This document shows positions 14,670-28,119 of a DNA stretch of 64,000 nt, piece after piece. The notes beneath the pieces are model-generated. The model did no database searches. It had not been told where the DNA came from and was given only the letters and a program-made list of their open reading frames with translations. The DNA comes from Octopus vulgaris (Eukaryota), in contig OX597819.1 in NCBI GenBank assembly GCA_951406725.2, positions 20,212,001 to 20,276,000 on the forward strand, in the 5' to 3' direction. Every line of letters begins with the position of its first letter. The first letter of the stretch is position 1. The position numbers and the translations under genes were made by a program.

Positions 14670-15078
14670 TGGCAGAAACGCTACCACGCCTGGCGAAGTG
14701 CTTAGCGGTATTTCGTCTGCCGTTACGTTCTGAGTTCATATTCCGCCGAGGTCGATTTGCCTTTCATCCTTTCGGGATCGATTAAATAAGTACCAGTTAC
14801 GCACTGGGGTCGATATAATCGACTTAATTCGTCTGTCTGTCCTTGTTTGTCTCCTCTGTGTTTAGCCCCTTGTGGGTAGTAAAGAAATAGGTATTTCGTC
14901 TGCCGTTACGTTCTGAGTTCAAATTCCGCCGAGGTCGACATTGTCTTTCATCCTTTCGGGATCGATTAAATAAGTACCAGTTAGGAACTGGGGTCGATAT
15001 AATCGTCTTAATTGGTCTGTCTGTCCTTGTTTGTTTCCTCTGTGTGGATACTCCCTTGTGGATACTAAAGAAATAGGA
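14670..15078 (+). mobile_element. SINE family B head-to-tail dimer
   Basis: Two copies of GTATTTCGTCTGCCGTTACGTTCTGAGTTCA..CCGCCGAGGTCGA..CTTTCATCCTTTCGGGATCGATTAAATAAGTACCAG..AAAGAAATAG. The second copy starts at about 14890. Confidence 0.85.
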
Positions 15079-15815
15079 TTGTTTACCAAGAGAGACCAAC
15101 TGAATACTTATTCGATAGAAATGAGCATTGGGTCTGTTTGTTCGTCGAAACAACCCAAGGCGGTGCCCAATCTGGTTGCTGTCCAATGACTGAAAGAAAT
15201 GAAAAATAAAAGATAAGATATCAAACTGATCAAACTGACGATCGCGTCATCACGATTTTAGCCAGTAAACGTATACCAAATTCTGTCGTATGAAAACGTA
15301 TGGACATCGGAAGACATCTCGAATGGTAATCCGTAGTTATTGCGCGTTTGTTAGATTTAAATTGTCAGTCACTTAATTATTTGTAACGATATTGTATCAT
15401 TATTTAAAATAGGAACTTAAATTCGGATCGCAGGTATATGAACGTGGCGTACCCGCACGATGTCTGCTTTCCCAATTTTACTTCGCCCAAATATCTCATT
15501 AGTATAAAGAAGTTGTAAAAGGCATTAATGCTAATGTATCGTTTCAAATAGATATACTGGTTTTAAAGAAAAAATTCTTAATTTCAACAAGAGTTCGTAT
15601 AATTTTATCTGTAATTGTTTGCAGGTTTCAGTCAATTAACTGTGGTAATGCTCGGACACGACATTTAAGGGCATAATAGAAATTGTCACAAGTAATTATT
15701 CCTCGCCTTTGCTGAACTGCTAAGTGGCGCGGTAGTAAGTAAAACCGACAACGGTTGCCAAGTGTTGCGGAGAAACACAAATACACACATGCACTGAGAT
15801 ATTTATCCGTGTGCG

Positions 15816-15846
<31 letters not shown>

Positions 15847-15853
15847 ATGTATA

Positions 15854-15931
<78 letters not shown>

Positions 15932-16042
15932 GCATACATACATACATATAGTTAGAAATAAACTAGAGATCTATACAAATCAAGATATCATACATAAAAA
16001 TAGAGATGGATATAGCACAGAAGAAAGGCTAACTCACATCAA

Positions 16043-16249
16043 TTTAAGAGGAAATTTAATAAAAATGATTTTAAAATCATGTAAAGAAATAATATAAAGA
16101 AAATATTACGGGTTTCGATGAATCTCCTCTTATCAAGTATCAATAAAAATTTATAAAAATTTGAAGTAAAATAAGTTTATCTTCTGTATGGGGTCAAGAG
16201 TATTTCTTTAAATAAATTTTAAAATCATTTTCAATAAATTCCATCTTAA
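16043..16249. repeat. Degenerate inverted repeat (arms about 48 bp) enclosing a decayed hammerhead-like motif on the minus strand
   Basis: TTAAGAGGAAATTTAATAAAAATGATTTTAAAAT..AAAGAAATA pairs with TATTTCTTT..ATTTTAAAATCATTTTCAATAAATTCCATCTTAA. Minus strand 16103-16140 reads TTGATAA-GAGGAGATTCATC-GAAACCCGTA. Confidence 0.55.
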
Positions 16250-16309
16250 TCCTGAAATTTGTAATGTGGAAGTGGACTACCTACCGCCGACATAGGCACA
16301 AACCCGCGT

Positions 16310-16463
16310 CTTAGATCGCTAGCTACAAGACATTCTTTATTTTCTCTCCCTGTTTCTTTAGAAGAGCGCAAGCTCGAATCGTTAAAGACTTTTTCACTTC
16401 CTGAGAGTGTTTGCTGTCTATACCATCTGACTTCATCTTTTATTTTTTTTTGTGAATTCTCCC
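16310..16463 (+). mobile_element. Family H copy, degenerate
   Basis: AGAAGAGCGCAAGCTCGAATCGTTAAAG..CCTGAGAG..AATTCTCCC-(TA)n is colinear with 16552-16737. Confidence 0.65.
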
Positions 16464-16499
16464 TATATATATATATATATATATAAATATATATATATA

Positions 16500-16551
<52 letters not shown>

Positions 16552-16554
<3 letters not shown>

Positions 16555-16734
16555 GTCGCCATGATAGATCGTTAGCCACTACACACATTTTTCTCTCCTT
16601 GTTTTTTCTGTGTCCCTTTCTGTTGAAGAGCGTAGGCTCGAAACGTAAAAGATTTTTTCTATTCCTGAGCGTTATACTAATACATCTGTTTTGTACACCA
16701 CCTGTCTTCGTCTTTTGCTTTTTTCGTAAACTCT

Positions 16735-16737
<3 letters not shown>
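16552..16737 (+). mobile_element. Family H copy with minimal hammerhead-like motif
   Basis: CTTT-CTGTTGA-A-GAGC(GTAG)GCTC-GAAACGTA-AAAG at 16616-16651, flanked by (TA)n on both sides. Confidence 0.75.
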
Positions 16738-16787
<50 letters not shown>

Positions 16788-17259
16788 TATATATTTATTT
16801 AAGTTACAATATATGGAATCCCGTAATCCGGTAGTACTCATAAATACCTCCTGAATGTATCATTGTACAGACCAGATGAAAATGTATAGCAACGTTCAAA
16901 AGAAAAGGATGAGCAGTTTATAATTCCACAAATGACTAAAACATTTTTCTGAACTTTTATTTCACTATAAGAACCACTGTAATATCTCAAACGTGTTGAC
17001 AATTTATATTATGACATCTAAAAAACACTTTAATTACCTACATGTCAGCATTTATGCAAACTGTAATTAATTATTTTGATTGAAGATTTTTTTAATATTT
17101 CTATTTGCAGACATGTAAATACAGACGTATTTATTTATCAATTTATTATTAAATATAATAAAAATTGTTAGACTGATTTTTTTAGTTACGAAACAATTTG
17201 TCCTGATATTGAAATCTTTCTTATTGTTAAATTTATGTTAATCAACATATGTCATTTAT

Positions 17260-17492
<233 letters not shown>

Positions 17493-17830
17493 ATATATAG
17501 GTAGATGTGTTAGATGAAGAGATAAATAGATAGATAGAATAGGAGATAGATAGATAAATTCTTCCCTAAAGACGGAGGCTGGTGGTATCTGATGATGGAA
17601 TCAAGTTATAAGCATTATTGTGGACCACCACACCCCAGAAAATAGTATTTAGATGACTAAAACTCTTCTGCAACCCTCTTTAAATTCTGATATCCTTTCT
17701 ATTCTGTGTAAGTTGAATTTTTTTATGTATACATATATACATATTTTATTTATTAAAGGTATTTAATATTTTTTTGTATATCGACTTGCCTAACTTGCTT
17801 GTCCTTACATTTACTGTTATAGAAATCTAT

Positions 17831-17888
<58 letters not shown>

Positions 17889-17948
17889 CTCTCTCCCTCT
17901 CTTTCTCTCTCTCTCTATATATATATAGATGTACGCACATACACACAC

Positions 17949-18023
<75 letters not shown>

Positions 18024-21000
18024 AACAAATAACAACTGATTGAGAGTGGTTCCTTCACCACAGCTGTTTTAGACATGTTTCATTATTGATGAATACACTT
18101 AATATATCTTGTGAAAAGAACCGTTTCTATCAGGTGAATATGCGCATGAATTTATCATTTAAAAGAAAAAGTATAAGCCATGGATCACAATTTCCGTAAT
18201 TTCACTGCCCCCTGGCCAACTTCGGCCAGAGAATCATTTACTTTCACAGTTTTATATTTATAAAGGAAAATTACTATGGTGACTGGAATGGGGAGGGAAG
18301 GGAAAAATTTTCATAGCGGGAAGATGTTTTCGGAATAGGGGGTGGGAATTTTATATCGCGCTCCCTCACCTAGAATATAAGCGCGTGTATTGTGTGTGTT
18401 TGTGTACTTGTGTGTTTGTGTCTCACCTTTCCATATTTTGTCATACTTTCAGATAAATTGTTCATTAGAATAGTGAGTTCATGTAAAACCTCAACATATT
18501 TTTCCAAGCTTGAAACAGATTCATCATGAAATCTATTCCATATGTCCTCTAGATATCATCTAAATCAGTACACTAATCTTTTTATACTACGTGTTAGGAT
18601 TGTTGCAAATATACCTTCAAAGTATTTGCATATACTAGAGCAAATATTGTTCCCATTGTTACACCTGGATTTTCACAGACGTTTTTCCAGTTGCAAGTGA
18701 ATGTATTATTCTCAAAAGAAAAGAAAAAATGAAGTCCATGAAACATGATATAGATATAACTTCTTAAAGTTTTTCACTCCAATATTTCATTGCTGCTTTT
18801 CATACACGATGTAGAATATTTTCATTAAGTGTTACCAACTTAAATACAACCAAAAATTATTTCCGTATGTTCTGTGCAGATGAATAAAAGAACTAATGAC
18901 ATCCGGGATGAAACACGATAATTAGGAGCAGAAAGTTTTCAAAATAATAGTAAGAAAGTAGCCTAAGTGTGCACCATGAGGCAGGCCATCACTGAAAAGT
19001 GTAAGCTGGAGATATTTTGGCAATAGGGTTTTTACTAACTCGTACCTTTTACTAACTCGCAGTTTTACTAACTCACAGCATTTGGAATGTTCTGATTTAT
19101 AGATTTTCGCTCGCCGTACTATTACTAGTATTTTTTGTTTTTTTTTCCTTTTTTTTTTGTTCAAAACAGATAAGTTAGTCACATGCCTCTGACGAAAAGC
19201 CAATGAGGTTCGGAAATCGATTAAAGCTAGTCGTTATTTCTTGCAATATAGAAGACATAGCTAAATTTTCCCAGTTTGTATATCTACTACGTAGGATTAC
19301 CCTCACACACTCATGCACGCCAGCACACACCCGCACAAATTCATACATTCATGACATAAACGTTAAATTGAGCGATTCTTTACATGAAATTGTGAGGAAT
19401 TAAAATCAAATGGTTTCAAATTTTAATAGTAAATTCAACTTTATGTTTGAATAATTTTTACTTTCTTTCAAAAACAAAAGTTCTCCATTCCATATCTCTA
19501 GCTATAGGTGTGTGTGCATGTGTGTGTGTGTGAACGTGTGGTAGAAGGCTCTGCATTTTATCAGCAGATTGAGCGCGGAAGAATGAGTAGGTTGAGAAAT
19601 TGTATTATACATATATCCATATATATTTATACAGAAAGTAGTATAAGGAAATAAATTGATTGATGATTATACAATTAAATTGAAATTAATGTACACATAC
19701 ATACATAATTCACACAGAAAACACACGCACACATATATATATGCTCACGAACATACAGACAAACAAAACGAGTTACAGAGAAAGAGACGAAATAAACGAC
19801 AGCTATATAGATTTCTCCTTTCATACGTACACAAAATCATACAAGTTTCTATCCTTACATAGAAACGAATGTATTCGTAGAACTGTACACACATATATGT
19901 GCACATGCATCCTTCGACTGATACAATGAACAAGAAAAGGATGTAGAAATATAAATAAATCAATATTGATGTATTGAAACTTACACACTATACACTTCCA
20001 CATGCATAGAAACACTCTAGTTCTTCAGATATTAATTACTTAAAAAACATTAAGCATTTCTTACGATTCACAACCTTTGAAGTCAGCTTGTATCATTACG
20101 AAATTATTGTCACTTATTTTATATATATTAATGTTATTTTCTTTCGTCGTTCTTCAAATGTCTTTGTTGTAGTGAGAGAACAAACCGTCAGTACTTATTG
20201 ATTCAAAGACTTCGTAAATATATTTCCCGGTACAAATTAAATATATCATAATGAAAAGTCTATATTTCTTTAACGCAATGACAACAAATATTGGTGTTGA
20301 GTAGCAACCAGCCTACGACATCAACACGAGGAATCTTTCTGTGATCGTTCGATCTACTAGAAATAGAAAGTTCCTTCGCCCTCAATCGACATTAGACGTT
20401 ATTTTAAGAATGTGTTGATATATTCTTTAATTAAACCATGTTTATGAAAAGAAATATTGTCGTAACGGCGTAAAGGATTTCATATTTATTATCTAAGAGC
20501 GAATTTCAATACAATTTCACGACCACAACAACAACAATAACCACAACAACTTCATGCATCGTCAGCAATAAGTTGCTAAATACTTAATTAAGAATTCTAC
20601 TTCTCTAAAAGTGAAAATATATTCTTGAAAGCTATATGAAAGTCATATTTTAAATAGATATTTTAGTATATTATCCATATATATCGCCTGATAAAATAAG
20701 TAGGGTGTTCTTTCCTTTTTATGTCGCTTCGAATTTTCATCTGTTCTCTTCAATATTATGACTGCACAGCTATTTTTGACTTCCCCTCTGTTGCCACTCC
20801 TTAAATGTCAATCTTTTAAATTAATTTTACCTGAGTCACCTATATGCAGTGGCATAGGAAGTAAAGGACCTCTATGAAAATCCTAATTCTGCCACATTCA
20901 TAATCATCTAATATTCTCTAAATTACAGCATTCAACAAAAAAAATAAAACGTAGCTTAAAGGACTCCAAAAAAAAAAAAAACATTTGTAATTGTATTTTT

Positions 21001-21245
21001 AAAATATGACCACAAGGAAAATATAGTTTCAATAGAGAAACATTGAAAACATGTTAGACAAGCACATGATGAAAAGTTCAAGGAAAGAAAATTTACTCAT
21101 TTTACAAATGAAAGATATTGAAATTGGTTAAAGTTCATCGTCTACATATTTATCAGGATTTTATATCCTCGTATTGGTGGGGAATATGTTAAACATCGAC
21201 ATTTCCAATGTTCATCGAGTTTAATGAGACAGTAGTAATTAACTA

Positions 21246-21278
<33 letters not shown>

Positions 21279-21280
<2 letters not shown>

Positions 21281-21703
21281 AAGCAATTAAGATTCAAGTA
21301 AATTCCAATGAATATACTTGAATGTAGTACTTAACTTAGATGCACCAGAAAAACTATATGGTGTTAACCATACAGTAATGTGGGGTGATTATAAACGAGA
21401 AAGAAGCAACAAGAATGGATGAGTTTTTAGTACAATTGTTTCATACAAAGACAGGCTTTATTACAAGTTGCAAAAATTGCAGCAGATAAAAGTGTCCCGT
21501 ACTATATCTGCCTCTAATGGAATTATCTCCAATATTTCATGAGTATAACCTCACCCACTAAGATGTCTAGAGAACTCATATGTATTTTAGCTGATGAGTA
21601 CGGGACACTTTTATCTGCTGCAATTTTTGCAACTTGTAATAAAGCCTGTCTTTGTATGAAACAATTGTACTAAAAACTAATCCATTCTTGTTGCTTCTTT
21701 CTC

Positions 21704-21705
<2 letters not shown>
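21279..21705. mobile_element. Fold-back element in (TA)n, probable Penelope-like terminal remnant
   Basis: Unique tail 21279-21394. Arms 21395-21503 and 21597-21705 are 109 bp with one mismatch seen. Spacer 93 bp. Contains a hammerhead. Confidence 0.8.
21585..21675 (+). ncRNA. Type I hammerhead ribozyme with extended stem II
   Basis: Stem I TTTTAG/CTAAAA and core CTGATGA (21591-21597). Stem II GTACGGGACA../..TGTCTTTGTAT. GAA plus palindromic ACAATTGT. GUA cleavage triplet ends at 21669. Confidence 0.85.
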
Positions 21706-21752
<47 letters not shown>

Positions 21753-21758
<6 letters not shown>

Positions 21759-22149
21759 TAAAGGTAGAAATTGATATTAATTAATTAAAACCAGTGGCCT
21801 AGCATATTTTAAAAAATCCGAAGATAATTTTTTTTTTTACATACAAAATTTAGAGGACTGACCACTAAAAGTGGACAGCCTATATGCTAGATATAGATGT
21901 CAAATCACCATTTTCAACGAAAAATGTGTTCTCAAGAAAAAACTCAGCAAAATAAAGCAAAATGTAAAAATAAGCAAGACAAATGAAAATATATGAAAAA
22001 AAAAAACTATTACCTATGTACTATTTTTACCCTTTGTTTTTTTGCTGAGTTTTTTCTTGAGAACACAATTATTCGTGGAAAATGGCGATTTGACTTCTAT
22101 GTCTAGGATATAGGCTGTCCACTTTTAGTGGTCAGTCCTCTAAATTTTG

Positions 22150-22152
<3 letters not shown>
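21753..22152. mobile_element. Fold-back element in (TA)n (tail + inverted arms), no intact hammerhead seen
   Basis: Tail 21753-21840. Arms at about 21841-21952 and 22040-22152 with several mismatches. The right arm runs directly into (TA)n. Confidence 0.75.
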
Positions 22153-22211
<59 letters not shown>

Positions 22212-22519
22212 AGTGTGTATGTATGTATGTATATATGCATGCATATAATATATATATATAATTTCTAGGTAGTGGGTTAACTTGTTACACATACTAGTGA
22301 AGTTACTCTTCGATTATTTGTTACTGGTTTAACAAAGAGAAAGTCAAATTGGCGGAGGCATATCTAGATATTTCATTTTAAGGAAAATGACGAAATTTTC
22401 AAGGCTGAAATGCATTCAATCATATATTTGATTCTGAGCTCAATCTAAATGTCACAATCATCAACAACAATGCAAGGTTTTCTCCATTAGATGTCTCGAT
22501 ACAAATAATAAAAGCAACA

Positions 22520-23640
22520 CTGTGCAGCTTGACCTGATTCCAGGCAACAACTGTCACATTATTTGGGACAACATATGGCTTGCCATCATCCTAGACACCG
22601 GAAACACTTATGTTCTAGTTGGACGGCTAACGCTAGACATCACTCTACGAGATATTATCAGATCCACTCTTTGCTTAGTGAATACTAACGAAAATATCGA
22701 AACTCTGTCTGCTGAGTTTCAGTTGAAGTTTGGTTAAAGTTTGCATGAAGCAACAGCAACAGTCTTTTTTGTCCCTTAGGATTGACTTAGCTTCCCTTAC
22801 CAATAGCAAAGCAATAACGATTCAGATACTGCACCATCTACAGAGATAATTTATAGAATGTTTTACCCAATAACTCAAACTGTAGTCTTCAACATTCTAT
22901 AAATCTCAAGGCTTTGTCTTTCAATCCCAGTTCCTGAGTGCAAATGAAATTAAAATTTCATCAAGCAGGCAATGTGAGTGGTGACGTATTTCTTGCTTTC
23001 TAAAGCCAGTTTCCGACGTAAGTAGTGTCAAATGCAGATAATATACTTTATCTCATCGTGTATGGAACACTTTCTACTATTTGTAGCATGACGATCAATT
23101 GTGTAGATCTTTCATAGCTAATTCCTCGGATCCAATCATATACCGAGATGGAATCAATAGAAAAAACTCTTTCCTTCAAATATATAAATCTGTGGCAATG
23201 TTTGAGATGAGTACGTCACTATATTTCTCTCATAGATAAGAAGAATCCATGCTGGGAGTTCTGGTGCCCTCCTATATTTAATTCTGAGTAATTTTTTAAT
23301 AACGGTATTGCATTCAGCACCTGCTTGAAATTCAGCCCGAGGTGTTTGGCTGCTACTTTGGTCAACGCCAAGTTTATGTTGCATAAGACAAATAATCACA
23401 GAGCACGAGTTTTCAAGTGTATTAGCGATTCAAGAGGTGTTGAACAAGGCGTTAATATATCGATACTAGGCAGTACAGTTGATAGTATCTTTTCCTAGAT
23501 CAGTCATGAATAGTGAGATATAATCTAACAGCCATCAACCAGATTTAACAACCAATAGTTCGAGAGCTATTTGTGTTGTAAAATAGACAGCTGTAAGAAA
23601 CACATATAACCCACCAACTTTCCGGACATTGAAGTTTAGG
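22520..23640 (-). mobile_element. Very old CR1/L2-type LINE relic (tentative)
   Basis: Only scattered minus-strand motif remnants: IKYRRAPE (close to IYRPP), LQIVESVP.TR, TGFRK and SVDGAVSES. Many stops. Confidence 0.35.
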
Positions 23641-24619
23641 GATATCTTATAATCCGCGTTACAGTGCACTAAATTACGTGTACCTGTATTTCATTTTTTT
23701 TTTGTTTAGTTTCGAATGTGTTTATCATGAGGAATACTTCTTGTTTGGCAGAATCAGTAATCCTGAACAGATTTTGGAGCCAAATTTTCCGGAAAATTGC
23801 TGCCGTGCCTATAAAAGTGCATCACAGAACTTTCCAAGATGCGTAGGCCAGGTAAAGAGGACTGGAATACTAGTGTATAATTTTCAATTAGCTGCAATTC
23901 GTAAAGTTACAGCAGGAATTGAAAACCAGTTTCTACGTTCATCTAATTTCGGGGTGGTAAAATGAGTGACGCGTATATTTTAAAGTATTTTGATATTTGA
24001 TAATATATTCATGATCAAATTTATATAAAAAAATAGGATTGATTCCAATTACTATACAATAGTTACCTTCTTGCTACTTCATGAATTAAATAATTATTTC
24101 TGACTAAGATCCAATAAACCTTATTGCAAAGAATCCCACAAATGGTTTAATTAACCATTAGTTTTTAGTTTTCGTACCCCTTAAGAAATTCAGATTTGGC
24201 GGAAGGTGATTTGTGTAAAAATGTGAAAGGAAGTAGCAAAAGAAGTATTTGAGGAAAGATTACTTAGTTCAAATCCTTGTCACATTCGTGGCAATGCCTG
24301 CCATGGAATTAACATTGAATGTTTATCGTAAAAAAACTACATATGATGTACTGCATACACTACTCCCAAAAGTATTTATATAAATACAAATCTGTATATA
24401 TAAATATATATGGCGCTTTTTTCTCTTATGCACTTTATATATAAGTAGCGGTGGGTGAGTGTATTTATATAATCATACATGCAAACAAAAGCACACTCAT
24501 ATAAATCCACACCCATAGACATACACACACACACATATATATGTATGTATACATACTTACATACACACTCATATCTATATGTATATATTCTTACATACTC
24601 TCACACACACATATACCTA

Positions 24620-24727
<108 letters not shown>

Positions 24728-24753
24728 CTTACATACTCACACAGACACACACA

Positions 24754-24841
<88 letters not shown>

Positions 24842-25728
24842 CTCACATTCACACACATTATATTAAGCGATTGAACGCAAAAATCAAAAGACACGATCTC
24901 TGCATGTTCCTGCTCTGTGCAATGACTTTGATCTTGTCCGGTTGGCCGATTTATTGCATAAATATAACGCTGAAACATGTCACATTGCATACACGACTGT
25001 GGAGAGTACGGAGAGGTGAATACATCTATGCTGTATTTAATATACACGGAAATGAATAAGTAAAAGTTAACAAATCCACGATATAAATGTCTGTCCTTTT
25101 AATAGGAAAGAAAACAAAAAAAAAAAAGTATTATTCATCATGAATATGGATAAAACTGACTGTTCAGTAAAAAGGCATTGAGAGGACTGTAAAAATATGG
25201 AAATGGCGACGTTATTAGAATCAACTGAAGCATATAAATGGTGTAAAACGTAGCTTGCTACCACTACCTTAAGCTGTATGCGATACGTCAAAGCAATGAT
25301 GAGGGTGGGAGGAAAGAGATACGCGATAACCTATGTGAAAGTGGAGAGTACACAGATAATCACAAGGGGATTGCATTTCAATTGATATAGTTTGGAGATG
25401 AATGTGTTATCGATTTAGCACGCTTTGACAGAATAAAATATATTCAAGAAAAAACATTTTAAAGCATATGTGGTAAAATTATTATGTAACTGAATTGATA
25501 CAATAGAAGCAGACATATAAAAAAAACATAAATAGTAGGCCTCATTCATACTGAGTGACAGACAGGGAGAGTGAGAGAGAGAGAGAGTGAGAGAGGAGAG
25601 AGAGAGAATTTAATTGATTCACACAAACATCTATCATCAGTCAATCTATTGCTTCTGCCCCCTCTCCCTTTGTCTTAACATACATACATTCATACATTCA
25701 TACATACATACATACATACATATATATA

Positions 25729-25783
<55 letters not shown>

Positions 25784-25874
25784 TGTGTGCTTATAGGTGT
25801 GTTTGAGGGTGTGTACTTGTGCACATATACATCTATGTATGTATATGTATATATATATATATATATGTTATATA

Positions 25875-25940
<66 letters not shown>

Positions 25941-26139
25941 AAAATATATGACTCTCTCGCTCTTTCACACTTTGTGTGTGTGATTCGCGCGTGTGTTTCG
26001 CTTGCGTTTGCGGCTAACTGAAAGCTTTCCCCGTTCAATAACACTGCTTGCACAATCATCGAGAGTATTTAAACATTTTCTGAACTGTAAAAATCTATCG
26101 TTTCTTAGATATACTTCATGTCCAAGGCCATCATCTCCA

Positions 26140-26140
26140 T

Positions 26141-26199
<59 letters not shown>

Positions 26200-26232
26200 T
26201 TATTATTATTGTTATTATGATTATTATTATTA

Positions 26233-26264
<32 letters not shown>

Positions 26265-26365
26265 GTTATTATTACTATTATTATTATTGTTATTATGTTT
26301 ATTATTATTATTATTATTACTATTACTATTATTAATATTATTATTATTAATATTATTATTATTAA

Positions 26366-26446
<81 letters not shown>

Positions 26447-26452
26447 CATCAT
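26140..26452. repeat. (CTA)n-(TTA)n microsatellite
   Basis: Seen directly. Confidence 0.95.
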
Positions 26453-26600
26453 TGCCTACTTCTGCCAACCCCATCACCTTCACTCACCTCTGTATTTTCA
26501 GTGCTTTACCCAGTCCCGATTCAATTTGTCCTGTTTACACGCAGCGTGTTTTCCTCTGAATGAATTCCGTCCGTTTAATTTAGGAATCTGGTCCTTGGGG

Positions 26601-26972
26601 TCTATACTTGCTATTCCAAATAAACCTTATAATGTTTCTCTGTGTATGTGTGTGATATATTTGGTTATGCGTGTGTGCTTTTCTGCGCATGTAAATTTGC
26701 GCATGCGTGCTCTTATTGCATATGTCAATGAAAAGTAGCCGATTTCATATATTTTTCTTTTGTTAATATGGGTGTATTCGTGTTTAAACCTTTCCAAATA
26801 GTACTATTATTTCTGATTAGATTTTGTTATTGTCTCTATTCCCTAAACCTTGTTTAATTTTTTTTTTTTAGAATTTCATATATACAGAAAACTACTGTGT
26901 ATGGAATTCATGCTTGTCAAAATATTTCTATATACCAAGTACACAAACATACACTCACAACACACACAACAA

Positions 26973-27004
<32 letters not shown>

Positions 27005-27307
27005 ACAAACACACACACACACACACATGAATTAGAAGCAGTGCATTGAAATGTTGGGGCAAACCAGCAAATGATTTTCAAATCTATTTAGTATATAATT
27101 GTCTCGTTTGCCTATGATATATATCTATATATACACACATATTAACAAAAGGAAAATATATGCAATTGGCTACTTTTCACTGTCATATGCAATAGGCACA
27201 CGCATGCGCAAACTTACATTCACACATAAGCACACAAGCAAAACCAAAAATATTCACATATACACACACAAATAAAATAAGGTTTATTTGGAATAGCAAG
27301 TATAGAC
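26601..27307. repeat. Diverged inverted repeat, arms about 175 bp, spacer about 350 bp
   Basis: TCTATACTTGCTATTCCAAATAAACCTTAT (26601) pairs with ATAAGGTTTATTTGGAATAGCAAGTATAGA (about 27277-27306). TATTGCATATG..TGAAAAGTAGCC pairs with GGCTACTTTTCA..CATATGCAATA. Confidence 0.85.
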
Positions 27308-27557
27308 CTGAAGTAACAGAAAAGAAAATTATTTCGGAAAGGAAGTATAGAGAAGAAGGACAAAAAGTGGGGTGGGGTTTATTACTCATTCGCTCATCTT
27401 GGTGGAATCTTCCATTAGGTACGTTTTGCCTGCGTATCATTTCATACGTGTCTTCTATTTAAACGGAAACCTCCTGGATGGAAAGTTCAATCAGCGCCTG
27501 ATGAACGTACTTATGTACGTGAAACTATTAGTAGCGCATATAATGAAGTATTTATAG

Positions 27558-27605
<48 letters not shown>

Positions 27606-27886
27606 ACAATTGAGGGTAAAATTAATTAGTTATTAATCAATTTCACCAAGTATTCAGTATGTAAAAGGACCATGTAAGGCGAATTCAAAATATTACATTA
27701 TATAATTAGGGCTTAGTAAAATAAATTACTTTGCCACATACTGAACTTTCTAGAAATAGCAGCCAAAAAAGTTTTTTTAGCCATTTCCACTACTTAAAGA
27801 AAATTTCTCTCAGATAATGTTTACTCAAAATAACTCACGAAGGTATGGAGGTAAAAACAGAAAAATACCACAAGTACAAAGATTAT

Positions 27887-27947
27887 TTGAGAACGTTAAC
27901 GTTTCTAGATTAGCCAAGTAAACTCAGCATTTCTTTCGTCAGCTCAA
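27887..27947 (-). ncRNA. Type I hammerhead ribozyme (inverted copy)
   Basis: Reverse complement of the motif at 28059-28119. Confidence 0.75.
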
Positions 27948-28058
27948 CATTTCTTATTCTGGATTAGTGCTGGCAGTCTGAACGGGTCATCTGAGGTGAT
28001 AAGTCGCCAAAGGGTATGTTCTATCTTTTTAGTACTTCCAAATCCAGAATAAGAAATG

Positions 28059-28119
28059 TTGAGCTGACGAAAGAAATGCTGAGTTTACTTGGCTAATCTA
28101 GAAACGTTAACGTTCTCAA
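28059..28119 (+). ncRNA. Type I hammerhead ribozyme
   Basis: Stem I TTGAG/CTCAA and core CTGACGA (28064-28070). Stem II includes AGA/TCT and GCTGAG(TTTA)CTTGGC. GAA plus palindromic ACGTTAACGT. GUU triplet ends at 28114. Confidence 0.75.

Noticed and set aside
17600-17655. CTGATGA..GAAAATAGTA hammerhead-like spacing
   Set aside because: Stem I does not pair and stem III is broken. It cannot be distinguished from chance.
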